Assembly (NCBI GenBank): GCA_002256025.1
Contig: NKIB01012180.1
Coordinates: 62,001-85,279, forward strand
DNA: 23,279 nucleotides
Direction of reading: 5' to 3'
From: Asterionella formosa
Lineage: Eukaryota
A program made the position numbers and the translations under genes. The notes beneath the pieces are model-generated. The model searched no databases. It saw only the letters and a program-made list of their open reading frames with translations, and had not been told where the DNA came from. Each line of letters starts with the position of its first letter. Position 1 is the first letter of the stretch. Below are positions 1-10,105 of the stretch, one piece after another.

Positions 1-1485
1 GCACATGCGGGTACTACCCGAAATGGAGACTAAAAGAAAGAAGGGGGGAGCGGTTTAAACACCACTGCCTGCTCCTGCTGACGAAATTAGCACACTACTT
101 GGCTATTGGAAATGGCAACAATTGGACCCAATTATATGGCGTTGTACTATCCAAAAAATAATTCCATGTAGTCCAAGAACCGTGTCAATTCGGACTCTGA
201 AAAATGGATGGCGACCAGTTAAGGCTTCTTGACTTACATAATTTTTTTGAGGCATGTATCAGGCTCATTGCAATCCCTTCGGGGATTGGGGTGGATTTAG
301 TGCTGGTAACTCTTTTGAACATGAGTGCACAAACTGGAGGGCTGAAAAACTTAACTCAAATCATGTTTTCTACTGAAATCTTATACATAGCGAATATAAG
401 CGAGGTCATTTTCAAACAATTCTTGGCGTTACCGGCACTCCCCAGCAGCACGATTAAAATCATGTCTTTCACATGGAGCACTTGTTGTGCGCAGATAGGA
501 TTCAGATGCTGGGGCACTTACATCACGTTTTGGCCTCAAAACTGTAGATTTTTTACGCTGACCACGCTTTTTAAAATTGAATGTAGGTCGGACCTGTGTC
601 ATGAAGTCATAAGGCATCAAATTGGCATGTGTCAGTTGAAATTGAGGAATTTTTTGATTGCTGATTGTTCTTGTTGACAGCAACATCCACGAACCCTCCT
701 ATTTCTTGAATCTCTGACAGACATCTGTGTTTGAGATGCTGAGGGGAGAGCATCATTGTTATAACTACAATCGTTGAGATATGAAAGGGAAAGGTTTTTC
801 CAAGCCAGCATTGTTGGTGATGGACAACTGGCAATTCTCAGGGAGAATACCAGCAAGAAAGGAAAGCATTGAGGAGGAGGCCTCATCTTCTTCAATCATG
901 TAGAAGTGCAATCGAATGACGGATTGGTTGCCATTACTCCTATGTAAACAACGATTATGGTAGTCGAGCTATGCATGGGGTTCTCGATATTTCTGCTGCT
1001 GATAATTATAATATCAAATAATATTTTACTATGGAAAAAGATGGAGGAGCTAAATTAATTTGTATCGATTAAGTACAAGGGTTCTCCTAGACGTTCCAAG
1101 TCATTGGGACATGCCAGAGCAAAAGATCCTATGTGCTGCTACCAGGGCACCAGGTAGTTTGTTGTTAGTACCTGAAAACGACTTCTTCTACCGGTAGTAT
1201 TGGGTTCCCACAAAACCACCCCAGTGTACTGGTCACTGGTCACACTCCATGAATTTTGCAGAGTTCCTCATCATGGGCCTTCGTTCTATCATGATACCGG
1301 TACTGGTACAAGGTACGTTGTGCCGCCCTGGCGCCAATTATATTTGATCATATGTAGTCACTATCACTTTTGTCGGTCCACTCAACAACAGGTCCAGACA
1401 CACTATTATAGTGTTGCTGTCATCATATTATCATCATAGCATCGCACAAATATCATCGATTACTTCAGTTCGTAAAAGTCAGAAT

Positions 1486-1977
1486 ATGGCAGCCTATCAG
1501 GTCAGTTGGATGGGATGAGTGGACTCCTGGACTCCTTGTCGTTGTGTGCAGAGTCACATTACGCCTGGGACTTGTGACAACCGTTGTACTTTTATGAAAA
1601 TTTTCTTTTTGATTTGTTGTTGTTTCTGTTGTGGTTACATCCGGTCACTCGCTCACCCACTTATGAATGTTGAAAATGCAACTATTGAACAGCAATCCAA
1701 TGGAAACAACTCAGAATCAAGCAGAAAGGAAGAATTCCGGCGCTATCTGGAACGGACCCATGTCATTGATGTCCTGACCAAAGTATTGGTCGGCTTATAC
1801 GAGGAACCCGAGCGACCGACTAACGCCATTGAATACATTCGGAAATACATGGGTGCACCGCCAAATGTAGATGTAGAGTCGATAAAGAAAGAGAATGAAG
1901 AATTAAAGGCACAAGTCGAAAAGCTAACTAAGGAGTTGGAAGCGAGTAAATTCAAGGGGCAACAACTAACACTGTGA
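1486..1977 (+). CDS. MYCBP: c-Myc-binding protein (MYCBP/AMY-1/FAP174 family), 2 exons: 1486-1500 and 1693-1977, 99 aa
   Basis: Exon 1 is ATGGCAGCCTATCAG (MAAYQ), followed by donor GTCAGT at 1501, branch-like CTCAC near 1652 and acceptor AG at 1691-1692. Spliced in frame it reads SRKEEFRRYLERTHVIDVLTKVLVGLYEEPERPTNAIEYIRKYMG plus a coiled coil, matching the MYCBP pattern (KREQFRRYLEKSGVLDTLTKVLVALYEEPEKP). The ORF-track start at 1519 lies in the intron. Confidence 0.92.
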
Positions 1978-2125
1978 AAATGGAGTTAAGTGTGCATGTG
2001 CTTTGAAAATCTTTGGGTGGGATATGATATTTAAATGAGCACTATATAATAGCCATTTTTACAAGATCACAGCAGTTCCACGATGACATGACTCTGCTAG
2101 GATGTCCTCAGGGAGTTTTGAGGTT

Positions 2126-4072
2126 TTACTTTGCTACACTAGGCTTTCCATACTGTTCCCAGAAACGAGCACTCAGCCGTTCAGGTGTTGCTGTCTGTAT
2201 TACATCAGCCTTCCCAGCAATCTTCACTTCGTAGCATCCAATACAAAGCCGGCTTTTGATAAGATTTCGCATTGATCGTGGTAGCTCGAGGTATTCTTGT
2301 CTGCAGAAACGATCATTAACTACTGGGTGACCTTTCTTTCGAAGAAGAAAGCACACGGCGTTGCACAAACCGGCTGATTTGGACAAAGTTTCGATCCGGA
2401 GTGTGGACAACGACGCTGTTCGCTCCAAACATAGGAGTGACATGGTTTCGACGCTGGAACTTCCATGTATCATGTCATCGAAGGATCGCTTATCACTATT
2501 AGTGCTGGTTTTCCATCGCCTCATGCTTTCGACGAAAAGGCTAAGGACAGTGACTGTATCCCATTCGTCAGGTACGTGTCCATGCACCAATGCGGTAAAG
2601 ATGTGAGTGACTTCCACATCCACACAGTCATGTCGCTTCAACACACAGAGACCAGAGCACCCCGTGTCTAATTTTGAGATACTCTTGTAACGATATCCAA
2701 CAAGCGATGATATGGACATTTCCATCGTCGCCTCTGAGAATGATCCAAGAGTGCGCATCCCAACCGGTTTGAAAGCTACGATCAGGGAATGATCCTGAAA
2801 GACGACATCGATTTCTGATTTCTTGTTTGTGGTCGATTGATCTCTGAATTGTTCCAGCACTGTGACGGTGTCGCCACCTGAAAGTATTCGACTTGAGTCC
2901 ATTGCAACTTGTGAGTTTACCAATACTCGCCCTTCCTTGATCAAATCGTCACATAATTTCTTGGAAATGTGTTTCAGCGTTGAAATAAAAGGCTGCCGTA
3001 AGTACCATCTAAGCCTTTTGCCCGAATGATTTTGTGCAACTATGGAATGACATTGTGCAGAAGCAGTTGCTGTGTTTCGTTCCGTGTCGTAACGTATTGG
3101 GTTGGCTGCTTCATCCTCTGTCTCATTATGATCGTTTGTCTCTACCTCTACAAGTTGTGTCATGACATCTGAGGATGAAAGAATGATTCCATTTGATGTG
3201 GCCGTCACCATTTCCGTTGTTGGTAAAGCGTCAGGACGGGCAGGGGCTGACAAATGATTCTCTAGCGCTTCCTTGCTATCGTGTGCCTCTCCGCAAATGA
3301 AACACTCATGATTCGTAGTACAATGTTTTGGTTCCAGATCTGCTGATTTCCTAAAAAGCATGTGAACTGATCCAGACACACTCATATCACTGCCATGGTA
3401 CACATCGCCATGGGTCCGACGATGTTGATAGCCGTACTTTCCGAGAGCGTGTTTGGAGCCGAGCTTGCCGTTCCTAAATTTACGAGGTGCTGCGAAATTA
3501 GGTTTGGCAGGAAGCTCGTTTAAATTATGGAACAAGCAGGAGTGCATTGGAGTTGACGTTGATTCCGTGGTGACCAGCTCAAGTCCATGGCGCCTGGCAG
3601 CCTCGTCAACCTTCCAGGTCTGAGGTTGCGTCCCGCAGAGACATAGATGAACCATACCGTGATAAGTCAGGACTTGCTTGGCTGACCAAAGATAGTGCGA
3701 CAGCAAAATGTAGTGACGTCTAGCATGCCATTCCTCGTTCTCCAGGAGTGTATCTAGGCCAAGATGTGGGTGATGGAAGAGGACAAAATCAAATCTGGCT
3801 GTTGACGGCAGGTGGTGGAGTTGGGTCGCATCTATTCCGAACCAAACCGTGGTTCCATGTTCTACGAGCTCAGTTAATACCTCTTGAGAATTGTGATATG
3901 TACGAATGAGCTCTTCCTCGGTGTCTAGTAGAGTAGACGCCGTCAGATCCAATTGAGCTTTGCCGTATGCTCGAGTAAGGGCAAGTGACAACGTCAAGTC
4001 GCCGTCGCCGATAGTCAACACTTTGATTTGACTCTTGTCGGATGCTTCATCGCTTTCGCTGCTGCGTGACAT
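2126..4072 (-). CDS. Fusion protein: BMT5/DUF2431-like rRNA uridine-N3 methyltransferase + degenerate zinc finger + S4-like domain + RluA-family pseudouridine synthase domain, 648 aa from ATG 4072
   Basis: N-terminal motifs VLTIGDGDLTLSLAL, GIDATQL, FDFVLFHHPHLG and GYQHRRT fit DUF2431 (ILLVGEGNFSFS, VDAT, FDxIxFNFPH). Then CFICGEAHDSKEALENH, an S4-like segment (GKRLRWYL...LIKEGRVLVN...ILSGGDTV), and RluA motifs DVVFQDHSLIVAFKPVG, SKLDTGCSGLCV, FTALVHG and KGHPVVND. Confidence 0.8.
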   Translation of the reverse strand: MSRSSESDEASDKSQIKVLTIGDGDLTLSLALTRAYGKAQLDLTASTLLDTEEELIRTYHNSQEVLTELVEHGTTVWFGIDATQLHHLPSTARFDFVLFHHPHLGLDTLLENEEWHARRHYILLSHYLWSAKQVLTYHGMVHLCLCGTQPQTWKVDEAARRHGLELVTTESTSTPMHSCLFHNLNELPAKPNFAAPRKFRNGKLGSKHALGKYGYQHRRTHGDVYHGSDMSVSGSVHMLFRKSADLEPKHCTTNHECFICGEAHDSKEALENHLSAPARPDALPTTEMVTATSNGIILSSSDVMTQLVEVETNDHNETEDEAANPIRYDTERNTATASAQCHSIVAQNHSGKRLRWYLRQPFISTLKHISKKLCDDLIKEGRVLVNSQVAMDSSRILSGGDTVTVLEQFRDQSTTNKKSEIDVVFQDHSLIVAFKPVGMRTLGSFSEATMEMSISSLVGYRYKSISKLDTGCSGLCVLKRHDCVDVEVTHIFTALVHGHVPDEWDTVTVLSLFVESMRRWKTSTNSDKRSFDDMIHGSSSVETMSLLCLERTASLSTLRIETLSKSAGLCNAVCFLLRKKGHPVVNDRFCRQEYLELPRSMRNLIKSRLCIGCYEVKIAGKADVIQTATPERLSARFWEQYGKPSVAK

Positions 4073-4599
4073 AGAAACGAGAGTAATGATTGCTACCAAC
4101 AAGAGTGTATACCGGACCTACATCCAATTCCATCATGATCAAGAGTCTTAACAAATGAACAGTAATACCCCCAACTTCCTTATCATGCCTTTTTCCGTTA
4201 CACTTGTTGCTGCATCACAATTATGTACCTACAATGATGATTTTTGGCTACCAGGTACCTCCGGGGAATTTTGACTCCAACGACTTTCTCAAGCTCAATC
4301 GCCTTATGATTCCGCGGCCTCCTCGCACTACTGGAGTTCCTTGGATTATGGATTCCGCAACTGCAAAAGCCACAATGATGTGAAGGAAGAAAATGAGGGA
4401 TGCTCACTTTGATGATTGGAACCATTAGATATTGGGTGGTATGATCAATTCATATGCAACAATCAAAGAAGGTAAATCAAATGACTGTGATGCTTTTTGA
4501 GTTATAATTATGATAGTGACATATTACCACCATTGAATTTTTAGAATAAATCAGCTCCTCACTGAGCATTTCTGATTATCATCCATTCCCATCAATCGA

Positions 4600-5190
4600 C
4601 TCAATGAAATTGGTGAAGAGTTGTCAGCCCAGTGCTGCTGGGAGTATTGACCATTGTGGAAAACATGAAGTAACATTGCATCATGCCATCAGAGAACCAA
4701 ATGTTTAATCTCAGTATGTGGTGCAAGATGATTTGTCAAATTGATCGTATCTCCATTAAAATCACTGAACATCAAATCACTGAACATCATTAGTAGATTT
4801 TTGCGGGCAAACAAACACCTTGGTTCAAACTCTGAGAGCAGGGGTTTAGATGATCAAGGGTTCAAAACCATTTTCCTGAGTCTGCAGTGGAATTCTGGAA
4901 TTGGCCATTGGAAAGCTCGGAATAAATATCTTTATGAAGACTCAGATAGCTAAATACCGGCCTTTATCAGGAGTTGTATGAACTCATTACAACATTATAT
5001 GGCAGATCAATCCTTTTTCCAAATACCATTCAATGCTTGTAAACAATGACATACACTTTCAAAAGCTTTTATGATGGATTCAGACAGTGGAAACAATTTT
5101 ATACATGCTTGGCATGATGTGGAATAGGAGACCACTTTTTATCCATGAAGGCAAAAAACTTTATCATGGAGGGCTATAGACTAGCGCTCC
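4600..5190 (+). pseudogene. Possible decayed leucine-rich-repeat-like gene relic
   Basis: CpG-poor region with broken frames. Fragments ISRFLRANKHL, LDDQGFKTIFLSLQWN and MLVNNDIHFQKL resemble RI-type LRR periodicity (L..N..L). Boundaries are approximate and support is weak. Confidence 0.25.
4759..4788 (+). repeat. Perfect 15-bp tandem duplication
   Basis: AAATCACTGAACATC x2. Confidence 0.85.
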
Positions 5191-5424
5191 ACCAGTAGCA
5201 AAGAGCGCAACCATAGTATAGAATTGATTTTTATACACATATATTCATACATAAATATATATTTCAATGCGATTTGGTGTCACCTATTCATTTATTTTGC
5301 AAGCACGTTCATTGGAATTTAATTCAATTACAAGCATCAATATATATATGTAAAATAAAGAGAGTGAATTCAATATGCAATGAATTGCAGTTGTGACTGG
5401 AAATTTCCTTCTGAACTGGATTGA

Positions 5425-6435
5425 TTATTCAATCATGTCCATGGCAACCGTGATGTTCTGGGTAATAGGAACTACAATTGTAGACCCTTCATCCATGGGA
5501 TTTGGCATTTCCATGATCATTGTCTGATTGGACTGAGACCAACGGATAAGTTTATCAGTATTGTCCCAAAACATCAAACTATTAAGGGTAGCATTGTGAA
5601 TGGTAATTCCATCTGAAGAATTATTGGAGCCCATAAGGTCGCCAATCCCAGAAAAATCATTCAAGTCGATCTCAAGCGTAGCTTCCAAATGAATAACAGC
5701 CACATCATATTCATCATATTGTTGATATCCCAATAGTGTTGCAGTTCCAGAAACAGACCCGAGACCATCGAGATCAGAAAAGACTTCCCAAGTGTCACCA
5801 GGCTTGACCAGATTTTCTGGAAGAATCTTAGCGAGACGAGTCACCATCTGGTAATGCGACAAGGAGTCAGTTGGATCGGTATTACCAGACTCTTCGTCCT
5901 TGGCAACCACAACCTCTTCCTCAAACTCCATGTCAGTGTTGATATTATGATTATTATTGTTTTTGGTGATTGTGTTCAAGTCTTCAACCTTGGCACTGAC
6001 GGAAACAACATGACCTTCGTCATCAACAATGATAGATGTACTTCCAAGTAAACCGGCAAAAAGCGATTCATCAGATTGATCGTCCAAATGGTCGCTGTCA
6101 AAGTCAGTTGACATTCCCATGGCATCAACATGAATAGCAATGTGAGTCACAACTACGTCAATCTCTTTTCCTCCTTCAGGTAGATCAGAAATCGACATTT
6201 CCTGACTTCCCTCAATGGCCATGCTTTGATCAAAAGCTTGCCCGAACATATCAAACGACATTACTTGATCCAATTGAAACGAGGCAGCGTAGGTGACTCC
6301 ATCGACAAAGGTGGGCATTCCAAAGAGATCCATGTCACGACTCGTGTCCAAGGTGCTGATCTCTGAGGAGGCAACCCCAGGGAAGCCTCTCAACAACGAG
6401 ACAAGGAGGAGGGAGGCGAGATACTGAAGCATCAT
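5425..6435 (-). CDS. Secreted acidic beta-rich protein, resembles bacterial DUF6263 family
   Basis: Intronless 336-aa ORF with an N-terminal hydrophobic signal (MMLQYLASLLLVSLLRGFPGVASS). FDSD, VDDEGHVVSV and LPENLVKPGDTW recall DUF6263 (yDS, G.v..v, lP..pVkvGdsW). The CDS is well supported; the family call is from memory and less certain. Confidence 0.7.
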   Translation of the reverse strand: MMLQYLASLLLVSLLRGFPGVASSEISTLDTSRDMDLFGMPTFVDGVTYAASFQLDQVMSFDMFGQAFDQSMAIEGSQEMSISDLPEGGKEIDVVVTHIAIHVDAMGMSTDFDSDHLDDQSDESLFAGLLGSTSIIVDDEGHVVSVSAKVEDLNTITKNNNNHNINTDMEFEEEVVVAKDEESGNTDPTDSLSHYQMVTRLAKILPENLVKPGDTWEVFSDLDGLGSVSGTATLLGYQQYDEYDVAVIHLEATLEIDLNDFSGIGDLMGSNNSSDGITIHNATLNSLMFWDNTDKLIRWSQSNQTMIMEMPNPMDEGSTIVVPITQNITVAMDMIE

Positions 6436-6782
6436 GGAGGTAATGTTCTTTGTCGTTGATGGATTTGTGATTTGTGAATTGCTTTCATTTTCCTCGCTTA
6501 TTTCCCGGTATGGATTTTGTTGTTATCAAAAATTCTGAGAAGCACGAGTAAAACTGTGCTCATTACCTACCTGGTCCCCGGACGAACAAAGCAAGAACTC
6601 GCTCCATCAGCATCCTCACAATAGTGATAACGGCACCGGTACCAAGGAAGTTGCGGAAAATGAGACATTTAGCTGTGTTTTCCTTGTAGTAAAAACCTTC
6701 ACTTAAAGGTACCGCAACTCCTCAAGTAACGGGTGCCCTGGTCGTGAAGCTCCATATCCAACTAACTACTCGGAGTAACTGT

Positions 6783-6940
6783 TACCAGGTACCAGTAACT
6801 ATCTGCCTGTAGAAGTATGAGATGTGCTAGTGTACCAGTACCAGGTACCAGGTACCAGCTACTAGGTGACTAGCACCTGGTCCTCAAGGTACTCCTGGTA
6901 TCAGTGTACCTGGTACCTACGTATGGTTTTCGACCGGTAA
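6783..6940. repeat. Cluster of GGTACC / (CCAGGTA)n quasi-palindromic motifs in a divergent intergenic region
   Basis: GTACCAGTACCAGGTACCAGGTACCAG at 6832-6858, inverted copy GTACCTGGTACC at 6906-6917, further variants at 6783-6795. Confidence 0.8.
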
Positions 6941-6967
6941 ATAGCAGGATAGATTACCGATGTCATT

Positions 6968-7519
6968 ATGCTCAGAAGTGAGAAGCAAAGAGAAAATCAT
7001 TTGTCTACCATGTCCTCCAACGAAAACACTGCCACTACCCTCCACGAGTCTCAAATGAGGATAAGAGACTCAATCAAGCGTCCCCGAGACGAGGGAGAAA
7101 GAATAGGTGCTTCCAGCCGGAAGTGGATTCTATCTGAAACGGCCCCACTTGTTGTCCTTCGACCAGGCGAGTCGGGCATTCGGAAATCACAATGTCGTGA
7201 CTATTCAGCGCCTACTTTCAGCAAGGACACTGGAGAAAATCCCGAGGAATCTGATGATCCGCCAAAAATGGAAGAAGGAAACGAAAGGAACGAAAAGGAA
7301 GCAACCGGAGATTTAACATATCTCAATTCACTTCGTTACCTTAAAAATCAATCCCGATTGGTAGCACAAGAGAACGAAGCGATCAACGCAAAGCGAAGGA
7401 AATTTTTGCAGAAACATGCCGATCTACTTGGAGTATATACTTACGGTCTGGAGCAAATTTCAAAGTTGACAACTCTGACGGATGCACCAGACGCGATTTT
7501 GCCGGGGAATTTTTGTTGA
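6968..7519 (+). CDS. Hypothetical protein with disordered N-terminus and C-terminal helical region; start may be ATG 7010
   Basis: 183-aa ATG-initiated ORF with gene-like composition, divergent from the 6435 gene and preceded by the GGTACC motif cluster. No family recognised. Confidence 0.65.
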   Translation: MLRSEKQRENHLSTMSSNENTATTLHESQMRIRDSIKRPRDEGERIGASSRKWILSETAPLVVLRPGESGIRKSQCRDYSAPTFSKDTGENPEESDDPPKMEEGNERNEKEATGDLTYLNSLRYLKNQSRLVAQENEAINAKRRKFLQKHADLLGVYTYGLEQISKLTTLTDAPDAILPGNFC

Positions 7520-7957
7520 ACCCTGACGTTAATTTGGCTGCGGTATAGTAAGTCAATCTAGAGTGACACGCGTGTTTTGTCGTTACGTTACATATCAAAC
7601 TAGCGAATCATTACCACCAAGCTCTAGTTATAGTGGGGTAAGGACGAGGAGGCGCATGCTTTCCGGTAGCCAGAAAAAATGCCAGGTTGACTGTGGACTA
7701 ATCATTGATCGATTGGCAGTCGCCCATTGATTCACTGTTCGCGAGATATGTTACTTGCAACCTCAAAGAAATATCGCTCTGAAAACGCTGTCAAACTTGT
7801 TACCATTCTATGAAATCAAGCCCCGGAAACGCTGATCACAGCACCTTTTCATTCGAATATTAAAAGTACTTTAGAATGATACGTGCCATACCGGCATAAA
7901 GCCCCTACAACTGAATACGAGTATAATCATCACTGACTACCAATGCAGGTCATTCTC

Positions 7958-8322
7958 CTAGTCGCAATCGGAATTGTCGAGAGACGTGGGGCACTTGTAG
8001 GACTCTTGCCACAGATTCGACACTTCAACAACATCCTTAGCGTTTCTCGACATTTTATCTAGATTGGAGGAGGTCTTGATAGTTTGCTTGATCACCATGG
8101 AGATAGATTCAGCAATGCTAGGAGGATACATCGGATGTAAGTGTAACGCAGAAAACCTCGCGGTGATATTTTGGAACGCAACAGCGTATATTAACGTTTT
8201 CTTGACTGTTGCCCACGTACTTACCTGTGCAATAATATTTTACGTTCTTCCTCATAAGCGATTCTTTCAACGCATTCTCCACCCTCAGAGGGAGAAAGAG
8301 AGGACGAGTCGACTGAGTTCAT
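7958..8322 (-). CDS. Small two-exon protein, probable DASH/Dam1 complex subunit Dad1-like; exons 8322-8225 and 8117-7958, 85 aa; alternative in-frame ATG at 8391
   Basis: Donor AG|GTAAGT at 8224, branch-like CTTAC, pyrimidine-rich acceptor CCTCCTAG ending 8118 (107-nt intron). Spliced product: MNSVDSSSLSPSEGGECVERIAYEEERKILLHSIAESISMVIKQTIKTSSNLDKMSRNAKDVVEVSNLWQESYKCPTSLDNSDCD. The pattern YE..R..LL..I...i..v......L.......v..v..LW resembles fungal Dad1. Confidence 0.7.
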
Positions 8323-9142
8323 CTTCAGGGGTATGTAGCGAACGACGATCGAAGTTGTTGCGTACACAATAATTTCGCTCGATTCCACCATCTATTTCCT
8401 GTCGACCGTATGGAAGCAAAAGGAAAAAACATTATCACACAGAGGGCGCGCTCTGATAATTAAATGTATCAATGTGTCAATTGTGTTGTATATCATATAA
8501 AAATAACGTAAGTTGTTGTGCTCATAACCCCAAATGTTGTGTTTGTATCACTGACCAAATTTGGCAACTCTGGTTTGCACCTCGAAGAGGGTCTCATTAT
8601 GGGCATGCCCTTCCCTCAACTAGTGGTAAGTGCCTGATACTTTCAAAACAACAGAAATTTTAAACACATTGATGGAGGTGAATGTCCCTCAATTCCAGGG
8701 CTATTTTAGATATCCCACCCACAAGAAATCATTCTGAGCTTGGAATTCTTTTAAGGAAATTTAGTAGTCATGAATATTTTCTAGGTACTTCTGGTATGTA
8801 TGTACAGTGGAGCTACTGCCGTGCTTGATCTAACCTTCATGAAATATTTAACTAATATAGCTGAATGTCTACAATAAATGACGAAATATCAATCAAAAGT
8901 ATCCATGCAGAGAAGTCAATAACAAGGAGATAAATGGATCAACAATATAGTAGACAATTCCTTTGATCGATACAGTTGGTAGTGTTTTTTAGCTGGCTTG
9001 GAAGCATGCTAAGTGATAGTTTCACTGCTGAGTAGTGACTACTGAATTCATCAATAATTTCCTGCAAGGGAAGATGATGAAACATTATGCCAGGAATTTG
9101 GTCTAAAGTAGATCAACTGATAAAATCAGTCCTTGGATTCTG

Positions 9143-10105
9143 TCAAACATCTTCAACTGCTGCTTGGTTATTTAAGGATTGTTGCATGTTGTAGTTTTCC
9201 AAACCTGGTCTATAGACATACTCATCCCAAAAATCTCGCTTATGCGAATAAGAAAACTTTGCTGCGGCTGGGGAGACACTGATTGCCGAAATACACTCAA
9301 TATGACCGGATTGAAAGTTATTGCATATTTTTCCAAACTTTCCAAACACTTTCAGAGACTCTTCATTGGCGCCCGGTTTCAATTCTCCGCTTGCCCACCA
9401 TTCCATGAAGTGCTTGTTGAATTTTGAGCAAGCAGTGCCTCCATTGGCCAGTACAATTCGATTGATTGATGGATGTTGCTCACAAAATCCACGTATGTCA
9501 TTGGGGGCATCTCCTTTAATGGCAGAATCCAAGGATCCCTCGCGGTGGCACTCTTTAACCACATCCCATAAGGCAAACCCTTTGCTAGCAAAAAGGCGAA
9601 TCTGCTCACTATACGGAATCACATACTCGGTGCTGTATCTCAATTGCGATGTGAATTTATAGGGCTCCCCTTGCATTGTGATACCATCATTCCTTCTAAA
9701 TCCCAGACAATCTCCAGCGATCCACCAGAAAGCATTCATGGGGTGTCCAAAATATTTATTCTCTAAAAGTGAAGTGACCGACGGATGTGTGCCAAGGATT
9801 AGAGTATGGATCGTAACGTTCTTGTCCTGCAATTCCGCAAAATTCCCTGCCCATAGAGCGTTGAAAGAATATGTTTTCGGTGTATCTGCGCTGGTGGTTT
9901 TCTGAACGGTCGATGATTTGATGGCTTTTTGCTTCCGAGGGCCAAACTTTGGGGACGTTGACAACGTTGAAGCACAATTGGTGGATGCAGCAACGAGTGG
10001 CACTGCCAATGTAATAGCTGTAGAGAGGCGTCGTTTACTAGTTATGGTGTGCTTCTTCTTTAACGCATTTGATGTTGTTGGGTGAGAGGATTGTGGAGGA
10101 CGCAT
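9143..10105 (-). CDS. Uracil-DNA glycosylase superfamily protein, family-6/hypoxanthine (deoxyinosine) DNA glycosylase type
   Basis: Motifs TLILGTHPSVTSL, YFGHPMNAFWWI, GFALWDVVKECHREGSLDSAIK, IVLANGGTA and SVSPAAA match the HDG/MUG-like pattern (LILGSxPxxxSL, YYxHPxNxFW, IALWDV..C.R.GSLDS.I, PSTSPA). There is a ~95-aa basic/low-complexity N-terminal extension. Confidence 0.85.
   Translation of the reverse strand: MRPPQSSHPTTSNALKKKHTITSKRRLSTAITLAVPLVAASTNCASTLSTSPKFGPRKQKAIKSSTVQKTTSADTPKTYSFNALWAGNFAELQDKNVTIHTLILGTHPSVTSLLENKYFGHPMNAFWWIAGDCLGFRRNDGITMQGEPYKFTSQLRYSTEYVIPYSEQIRLFASKGFALWDVVKECHREGSLDSAIKGDAPNDIRGFCEQHPSINRIVLANGGTACSKFNKHFMEWWASGELKPGANEESLKVFGKFGKICNNFQSGHIECISAISVSPAAAKFSYSHKRDFWDEYVYRPGLENYNMQQSLNNQAAVEDV

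Noticed and set aside
204..677. 157-aa plus-strand ORF
   Set aside because: No recognisable motifs and atypical composition; more likely the shadow of a minus-strand relic.
4440..5200. PIF/Harbinger transposase relic (GSID-like fragment near 4640)
   Set aside because: No further DDE motifs in consistent order and no terminal repeats found.
8064..8372. 102-aa plus-strand hydrophobic ORF
   Set aside because: Starts at TTG and lies antisense to the better-supported spliced Dad1-like gene.
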